From the NCBI GenBank assembly GCA_041650595.1, contig JBAZKW010000011.1, forward strand, positions 116-64,115: DNA of 64,000 bases, given 5' to 3'. The position numbers and the translations under genes were made by a program. This document shows positions 59,201 to 64,000 of this stretch, piece after piece. Each line of letters starts with the position of its first letter. The stretch's first letter is position 1. A model generated the notes under the pieces. That model was not told where the DNA came from, did no database searches, and saw only the letters and a list, made by a program, of their open reading frames with translations. The DNA is from Candidatus Margulisiibacteriota bacterium. GTDB taxonomy: Bacteria > Margulisbacteria > WOR-1 > JAKLHX01.

Positions 59201-61289
59201 ACGCTGTAAGACAGCTGAATCTGGAATCAACCTTCTCCGATAGTTCCAAATGAGCTATGTCGGGATTTTTTCTGAGCAGTCCGGAAAGAGGGCTTGTACG
59301 TCTTGGAGCGCATGCAACTACTGTATGTTTATGTTGAACTCCGTTTTTGAAAAGAACCCCTGTCAGCGCATTTGTACACCTTGTCTGTCCGGAGGAAGAA
59401 GCCGTTATAAGATCTGCCTCCCCCATCCCTTCTCCTACAAATTCAAGTGCGTCAGATAATGCCGCAGCATCCGGCTGATCAAGAATTATAACTTTCCCTT
59501 CATTCCCAGGATTTGCAGCGATTTGGGTAAGCACTTTATGGATGGCCGTAAAAGCATTTCCTGATCCTCCTATCCCAGTAATAAAATGAGGCCCGCTACC
59601 GCGCCTTTCTGCTTCCATCTGTTCAATATCCGGTAACATAGCCAAGGTCTCCTGAGGTGATGTTATCCAACCGTGTTTGGTTGTTTTTGGCGGAGCTTCG
59701 ACAGCAAGTTGTACGCCCACACATAAAAGATCGCCAAGCATCTGATTAAATCTTAGAGGATCAGAGATTCTTTGCGTCCCGGAACCGATGGCTCCTTCTA
59801 TTTCCAAACTCAATCCACCTTGAGAAAATGAAGTTGTTTGTGCAATCTGATCTTTCTTTATCTCTTTGGACCTCAAAGGGGATGCCACCTTTGGTTCATA
59901 ACAACGTGAAAGAATTCTACCCAGGGCTAATGTATATACAACCTCTCTTCCTACTTGCATGGCATCCGGACTTTCCGCCATGCTTAGCGTTGTCGGCCGG
60001 CTGTTTGTTGCCAGCGCTTTACCATAAGCTTGCGCATTGGTGGCGTTGAACTTGCTCATCCATAAACCGTCAAGCTTTGGGTCTGGACAATTTTCGATAA
60101 CGATATCCGGACCCGTTCCGAAACCTCTGCGGAAGACTACAAAACCATGGTCGCCTTCTGCCCAATTTTGTTCGTCAGTATGATGAGCTCTTGGCAACAC
60201 CGCACAATCGATCAGCATTTCTCCTGTAGTGTTATTCATCGCACTGCAAATTTGCAGTCTCATCCATTTCACAAAATTTTCCCACTTTTGTGAATAAATA
60301 GCCTCTATAAATGTATTGCGCCCTTTCCCCGCCAAAACTTGCATTAGTGCGGCTTTTATCTCTATAGGATGGTCATCAGGCCCCATCAAACTGTCTCTTG
60401 CGTCCTTTGCTCCTTCTATGAGTTGTTGTATATCTATCCCTGCAAGTGTCAGAGGAAGAAGTGCCGCAGGAAAAAAGGATTCAGCATCAGCCAACCCTCT
60501 GGGAAGCGTAACTATACGGCAGTTATGTTTTTGGGACTCATCAACTAAATATCTATTGCTGCTTTGCAGCATAATGACCATATGCTCCAATTTGTCCGCA
60601 TCATTAAATTTTGCCACTAGTTCTTCGTAGCACATTGCCATAGCTGTTTTCTTCTGCCCTTCACTTGTCATGTTCCCCATAACTATCATTCCGGCTTTAG
60701 TGAAATCAATCTTGTTTTGCAACTGTCTTAAATTTCCCTCCGTCACAAAGTGGATCCTTGGAGAATTTTCACCATTTGTTCTGTCATTCCGATAAGTATC
60801 CACCAGCGCATCATGGGCCATTTTTATACCAACTTCGTCCGGCGCTATCACAAGAATGTCTTCCAGTCCTTTCAGGGCATCCGCAGCTTCCCGGATCTCT
60901 TGAATCACAGGTAAAGAAACCGTCTCCTCCAGATTAAACGCATTATCTCTCATCACACTCTGAGTTATCCTTCTGTCCTTCATAACGGCCAAAGTATCTT
61001 CTATTTCTTTTGGTGTCGCTCCTCTATCTCCTCTGATGATAGGAAGCCCCTGACCGTGTAGAGCATTGGCAATATCCAGCGCTATACCGGCAGAACGGCT
61101 ACTCTGAAATTTTGGGATCATTTGAGCAGAAGCTGCTTGAGCAGCTCCAATCTCAGCCTGCACGGGACAAAGTGTGAATGTCCTTCCTCCCATAGGAATA
61201 GGAAATTTTCTCAGGTGTTTCGGGACAAGATTTCCACAAACATTGCTCATAAGACCAGGATACATTTTAGTGAATACTCGAGCAGCCAT
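56205..61289 (-). CDS. Giant multi-module protein: degenerate PGI-like + PGI-like + degenerate FBPase-like + unknown C-terminal module
   Basis: 1,694 aa from the ATG at 61289, 8 nt after AAGGGAG; the track uses TTG at 61307. Motifs are listed in the findings: GIGGS / SSSGQT / DSRFSCLTA / QMENESRGK / QQGVVAGK, and NPLQGNN / RYI...GG / ENSAG. Confidence 0.7.
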   Translation of the reverse strand: MAARVFTKMYPGLMSNVCGNLVPKHLRKFPIPMGGRTFTLCPVQAEIGAAQAASAQMIPKFQSSRSAGIALDIANALHGQGLPIIRGDRGATPKEIEDTLAVMKDRRITQSVMRDNAFNLEETVSLPVIQEIREAADALKGLEDILVIAPDEVGIKMAHDALVDTYRNDRTNGENSPRIHFVTEGNLRQLQNKIDFTKAGMIVMGNMTSEGQKKTAMAMCYEELVAKFNDADKLEHMVIMLQSSNRYLVDESQKHNCRIVTLPRGLADAESFFPAALLPLTLAGIDIQQLIEGAKDARDSLMGPDDHPIEIKAALMQVLAGKGRNTFIEAIYSQKWENFVKWMRLQICSAMNNTTGEMLIDCAVLPRAHHTDEQNWAEGDHGFVVFRRGFGTGPDIVIENCPDPKLDGLWMSKFNATNAQAYGKALATNSRPTTLSMAESPDAMQVGREVVYTLALGRILSRCYEPKVASPLRSKEIKKDQIAQTTSFSQGGLSLEIEGAIGSGTQRISDPLRFNQMLGDLLCVGVQLAVEAPPKTTKHGWITSPQETLAMLPDIEQMEAERRGSGPHFITGIGGSGNAFTAIHKVLTQIAANPGNEGKVIILDQPDAAALSDALEFVGEGMGEADLITASSSGQTRCTNALTGVLFKNGVQHKHTVVACAPRRTSPLSGLLRKNPDIAHLELSEKVDSRFSCLTAWMAMMMKRAGHNAEALFKGAAAMQTDMAAVSAKVREKVQDPNKPDKQIERSKLIMAALTEIDELLLESRRSSDDAARLRDQLLAAYKKLFEENKDVLDLVLQNVGLVWGAMNKHLGETAPTNVMVLMDPRLDGLVDHFKQMENESRGKPGVDTYTTVIGYEEAKRTMPLLLANPSYFTFVSVKDTGDKEIDELHRREMEDLEKAVAANGHASMRMQMDRADETILGQLLYSTLQMPASAMMCLGLRSRKQPSYSGQQGVVAGKLEHALLINAELGRQAKAIFPISGTISSLISAAADTINLSTRTFGYPAQRMANVRQAMVDSIKLTADADNIGRVYFSNSISPEFQNPNGRYQLVINPLQGNNLVERDNNMMVSTVSVFDGDVVPGNLVNTFVMYHSLNDGLVCVALQPGDDMLKVMDFIRMHDGTIAQRRRGDIDEPVLERKTTGSQFAVLGAISDYPPAVQPIIMAMLERKDVKMRERYIPIATDYEMAINGGSSISTASALDILSLYHIVENSAGAICVISDDGTKKSGADFVKELSSDDLFNSSAKYVVVCGAKEPVERMTEKLAPSGDIKAKPVTKNVRVSSDEFAFHHTIEVNRRNQSLCDYLTAMKGAGMPGDIRRILGVVPTMAAVFRLLFPWASLEAPHGVANFAGDTQEYVDWLTEQLFTAIAYNPRGETAVHESIMKALHDPAHPIGPLAKALLSFHGGEEQDRIFVGNMIEALKLNGMLVGGLDSLDGTSTFAALQSLGTFLSLYRVPLDAGNIAQIKDKRDRLPHNPEFLPEILRGKTGRDMLEAVAMVNHGYTEQLFVASKWGDGVEQFMLDRHGVFRKMGHITRVQESSNARPIIALGGAPSQWRPTAIWEFTKFLLEKEGAELAWTGAGTVDTHRILTTPFSVYGYTADESRARGRLRPWYELIMMAYLAEKVGGSAISGVHHMLDVPLDPAEKKGAGFFHQTAPFVAGHPLLVECYRRCHEQGVNLEDVKKYWNSKRHGN

Positions 61290-61334
61290 AATATGATCTC
61301 CCTTCAATAGTGATTATAATTCCATCTACATGTT

Positions 61335-61362
61335 CTATCGTTAAAAAAAACCGGGGATTTCA
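61335..61362 (-). promoter_or_regulatory. Sigma-28-type promoter (TGAAAT-N16-CGATAG)
   Basis: Sense strand gTGAAATccccggttttttttaaCGATAGa. The -10 box ends 45 nt before the ATG at 61289. Confidence 0.6.
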
Positions 61363-61406
61363 CTCTTTTTTCATTTTGCGCAAAGAAAAACGGAAAATCC
61401 CTGCCA

Positions 61407-61435
61407 TTGACCCCAACCGGCAAAAACGATATCAT
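61407..61435 (+). promoter_or_regulatory. plsC promoter TTGACC-N17-TATCAT, 8 nt from the ATG
   Basis: Read directly. No SD. Confidence 0.5.
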
Positions 61436-61443
61436 TATCGCAA

Positions 61444-62130
61444 ATGTTTTTGCGTACTGCCGTCATAAGGATAGGTCTGATATTGGGGATGCTTTTCATT
61501 TTCTTTGCATCTATTCCAATCGCTTTTTTTGCGTATACGGCTTCTATGTTCTCTGGGAACAGGCGTTTACGGTACCAACACGGCATACAAAGCGCGCTGA
61601 AATTTGTGCTGCCAAGGACCACTGTACACATCAACAATTATGAAATATTGCTGAACACCCCGACTCCTTTCATCCTGGCCGCAAACCATATGAACTATTT
61701 TGACTGGATGATACTTTATTCCCGTCTAAAAATTAATATATCCGTGATATCCGACACCTTTCTCGTCAAATTCCCGTTCTCTATCCTTACGAACAGAGCC
61801 GGTTTTTTTGCGATAAAACAAAAGCCGTCTTTTAGTCAAAGCAAAGCGGTCCTTAGGATAATAGACGCTATTAACAACAAAAATTCTGTGCTGATATTTA
61901 CAAACTCAGAAATGGATGCTTCTAAGTTTTTGGAAGATGTCAGGCCGGGAACGGCTTATCTCTCTATAAAGACAGGCGCCCCCGTGATCCCTGTACATAT
62001 AAAGGAGTTGAATGGCGGAAAAAGTTTTGACATTACTTTCGGCAATCCTATTTTGCCTGAAACAGAAGATATTGGGAAAACCGTAGAGTATGCAAAAAGG
62101 ATAGGCAGATCGATATTGTCATTAGGCTGA
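61444..62130 (+). CDS. plsC: 1-acyl-sn-glycerol-3-phosphate acyltransferase
   Basis: HX4D motif NHMNYFD. N-terminal TM helix. Confidence 0.8.
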   Translation: MFLRTAVIRIGLILGMLFIFFASIPIAFFAYTASMFSGNRRLRYQHGIQSALKFVLPRTTVHINNYEILLNTPTPFILAANHMNYFDWMILYSRLKINISVISDTFLVKFPFSILTNRAGFFAIKQKPSFSQSKAVLRIIDAINNKNSVLIFTNSEMDASKFLEDVRPGTAYLSIKTGAPVIPVHIKELNGGKSFDITFGNPILPETEDIGKTVEYAKRIGRSILSLG

Positions 62131-64000
62131 TCAGGCAGACCGGCTATTTTTGTCTTCTTTTTTGGAGATACTGCTCACGATCAATTCGTTTTCTTCTCCC
62201 TCTTCGTCATCTTCAAAAAATGGGATCAAACCCGTCCTCACTTTGGCAAGCATCTTCTTTAGCTTGTTTTCTCCTTTGATCGAGTCCTGCACGCCCGCAA
62301 TGATAGGCGCCTTGCTTGATACTGTCTCCGAACTACTCATCTTTGCTTCCTGCAAGATCGTTTCCGTGCGCTGCTTTAAGGATTCATCGCTGCCGGTTTG
62401 TTCTAGAACATTCCGGAAAAATGCTTGCAGCTTTTCTCCGCTGACTGATTTCATTGACGGGTTTAGAGCAAGCATATATGACAATATTTCAGGCGCCGCA
62501 TTGGGCCTGCTCAATACTGTTGAGACAAGATCGTCTGTCCCGGAACCATTTCGCGCGGACAATGCCTTTAATAAACTTACGGCGGAATTTTTGTGCTGCA
62601 AAGATAATTCCGCTTTTTTGAGCGATTCTCTAGCAAGTGATAAATTGTCGCAGATCGCACTGCGCAAAGAGGAACTCCCCATATTTTTACGCAGATCGCC
62701 GGATATCAGTTCGATGACCGATGAATATTTTTCAGCGTTTGACAGGTCGCTCCTCTTCATAATATCCGATATGCGGTCCGCATCCGTATACCCTGCACGC
62801 ACAGCTCTGTCTGCCAGCGCTTTCATCGGCTTTTCAATACTGGTCAAGTCAATATTTTCATTTGTACCGGTAGTTGATCTGACATTTTCCTTCACAGAAG
62901 CGGCTCTTTGTTTGATCCCTGCCGCTATCATAAGCAATTCTGATTTTTCATTATCGGCCGGCAGGTTGCCAAATGATGACGACAGTTCCTTTTGTATTTT
63001 CGAGATCTCATTGTTGTCAAATATTGTCGTCAATTCGGGGTTTTCATAAGATGCTGCCTTGACCGGCATAGACGGCTTTTCATTTGCTATAAATTTGATA
63101 GGTCCGTAGTTGCCGCTTATTGCTCCCGCAAACGGCGCTCGAAGATCTTCGTTTTTTTTGGATTCCGCAAAAGCCTTTGTAGCTTTCTGGGTCTTCTTGG
63201 CCAAACTCTCTATGCTTGCTTTCTTATTGTCGTCAGCTTTGGTAATGATCTCTGCAGCCCTGCTGACAGGCATTTCATTGAGTGCTTGGACAAGGATATC
63301 ATCAGGCATGCATTTAATTATCGCTTTTGAAGCTTTTTCATCGGACGAAATGACTGCAGCCCTAAGAGCCGGCGATTTTACAATATTTTCGAAGAATTTA
63401 TCTATTGAAGACGCAATCTCGTTCCTAGACAGATTTTTAGGATATTTTGTTCCAGCAGCTTTATTGTCGGTTCTTAATTCTTCGCGTACATCGGCCAACG
63501 CTTCGATTGCAGGGACAGCTATAGAATAGTTCTTTTGAACTAATCCCTCTTCGGAAAGAAACATCATCTGTTTTATAGCTTCGGCTGCTTTTGTTGGCTC
63601 TTTCCTTACAAGTGAAAGCAATTTCATACTTATCGGATTTAAGGTTTCCTTGACAGGCGCTTCTGCCTTTATCGGCTGCGATGTCACTACAGGTGCTTTT
63701 TCCGCCTGTCCGGATGCCTTTATGATAGGTGTCTTCTGTGGTCTTGCTGCATCGGGTCTTGATCCTGTTACCTGGGGACTCACATCTTGCAAGGAATCGA
63801 AAATTTCTCTTATTTCACTGAGCTTGTTCTGTGTATTCTGTTTTACATCATTCGGCACGTTTGCCCGTTCATTGACTTCTTCCGCTGCCTTTATTATTTT
63901 CAATCCCTCCGTCTTTGCCTTCTGCACCGACGCTTTAACTGTTTCGTCAACAGGTTTGTTTGACACCTCTTTCAGCATTGCAGCAAAGTCTTTCAGATTC
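62131..64000 (-). CDS. Large low-complexity Ser/Ala/Lys-rich hypothetical protein, 5' end probably outside the window
   Basis: The track starts at the ATG at 63978, but the frame remains open to the window edge (..NLKDFAAM). Helical, acidic C-terminal tail FFEDDEEGEENE. Confidence 0.5.
   Translation of the reverse strand, partial: NLKDFAAMLKEVSNKPVDETVKASVQKAKTEGLKIIKAAEEVNERANVPNDVKQNTQNKLSEIREIFDSLQDVSPQVTGSRPDAARPQKTPIIKASGQAEKAPVVTSQPIKAEAPVKETLNPISMKLLSLVRKEPTKAAEAIKQMMFLSEEGLVQKNYSIAVPAIEALADVREELRTDNKAAGTKYPKNLSRNEIASSIDKFFENIVKSPALRAAVISSDEKASKAIIKCMPDDILVQALNEMPVSRAAEIITKADDNKKASIESLAKKTQKATKAFAESKKNEDLRAPFAGAISGNYGPIKFIANEKPSMPVKAASYENPELTTIFDNNEISKIQKELSSSFGNLPADNEKSELLMIAAGIKQRAASVKENVRSTTGTNENIDLTSIEKPMKALADRAVRAGYTDADRISDIMKRSDLSNAEKYSSVIELISGDLRKNMGSSSLRSAICDNLSLARESLKKAELSLQHKNSAVSLLKALSARNGSGTDDLVSTVLSRPNAAPEILSYMLALNPSMKSVSGEKLQAFFRNVLEQTGSDESLKQRTETILQEAKMSSSETVSSKAPIIAGVQDSIKGENKLKKMLAKVRTGLIPFFEDDEEGEENELIVSSISKKEDKNSRSA

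Noticed and set aside
61311-61340. CGATAG read as an unusual -35 paired with the TATAAT/TATATT seen downstream in the giant and HAD-like gene leaders
   Set aside because: The CGATAR-to-TATAAT-like spacing varies (14, 16 and 19 nt, or no such box at all) across the nine sites. TGAAAT-N16-CGATAR is invariant. The box is therefore better read as a -10 of sigma-28 type and the TATAAT-like string as part of a conserved leader.
61371-61643. Small ORFs (88 aa minus strand, 78 aa plus strand) in the giant-gene/plsC divergent region
   Set aside because: They overlap the predicted plsC promoter and N-terminus. They have no SD and no recognisable features.

Overview
This 64-kb window looks like an uncultivated, anaerobe-type bacterium: it has four-subunit pyruvate:ferredoxin oxidoreductase, PPi-dependent phosphofructokinase and a BcrAD/HgdC-type activase. 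All protein calls were made by eye from sequence motifs; no database search was possible.

About 45 genes are recognisable housekeeping genes:
- dnaX-ybaB-recR, then porGDAB, hup and an R3H ATPase
- alr, two sensor kinases and an ABC-2 exporter
- leuCDB, and lexA-orf71-dinB
- pyk, tpiA, pfp
- ligA, and nusA-infB-rbfA-nrnA-truB
- groESL, glk, hisHA
- an envelope glycosylation cluster and plsC

About eleven lineage-specific ORFs are interleaved with these.

1. **A scattered alternative-sigma regulon.** Nine transcription units made of these orphan ORFs are each preceded, in the sense orientation, by TGAAAT, exactly 16 nt, then CGATAA/G. This is collinear with the established sigma-28 (FliA/SigD/WhiG) consensus TAAA-N15-GCCGATAA. 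The housekeeping first genes carry ordinary TTGACA/TATAAT-type boxes instead. No flagellar gene is in the window.
2. **A giant member of that set.** It is a 1,694-aa protein built from a degenerate PGI-like module, a motif-intact PGI-like module, a degenerate FBPase-like module and an unrecognised roughly 400-aa C-terminal module.
3. **Other members.** They have enzyme-like motifs behind N-terminal extensions: soluble P-type-ATPase/HAD-like, GNAT-like, PHP-like, DHS-like, and a Cys-His-Asp fold. Three adjacent, otherwise unrelated members share an N-terminal peptide motif.
4. **A recent insertion.** One member sits in a 774-bp single-gene cassette flanked by 81-bp direct repeats of the leuB 3' end.

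Also present:
- several REP-like palindrome families, some inserted in-frame in leuC and ligA
- a LexA-type operator inside a consensus lexA promoter
- a perfect CIRCE element
- several apparently leaderless first genes

No rRNA, tRNA, CRISPR array, transposase or integrase was seen.
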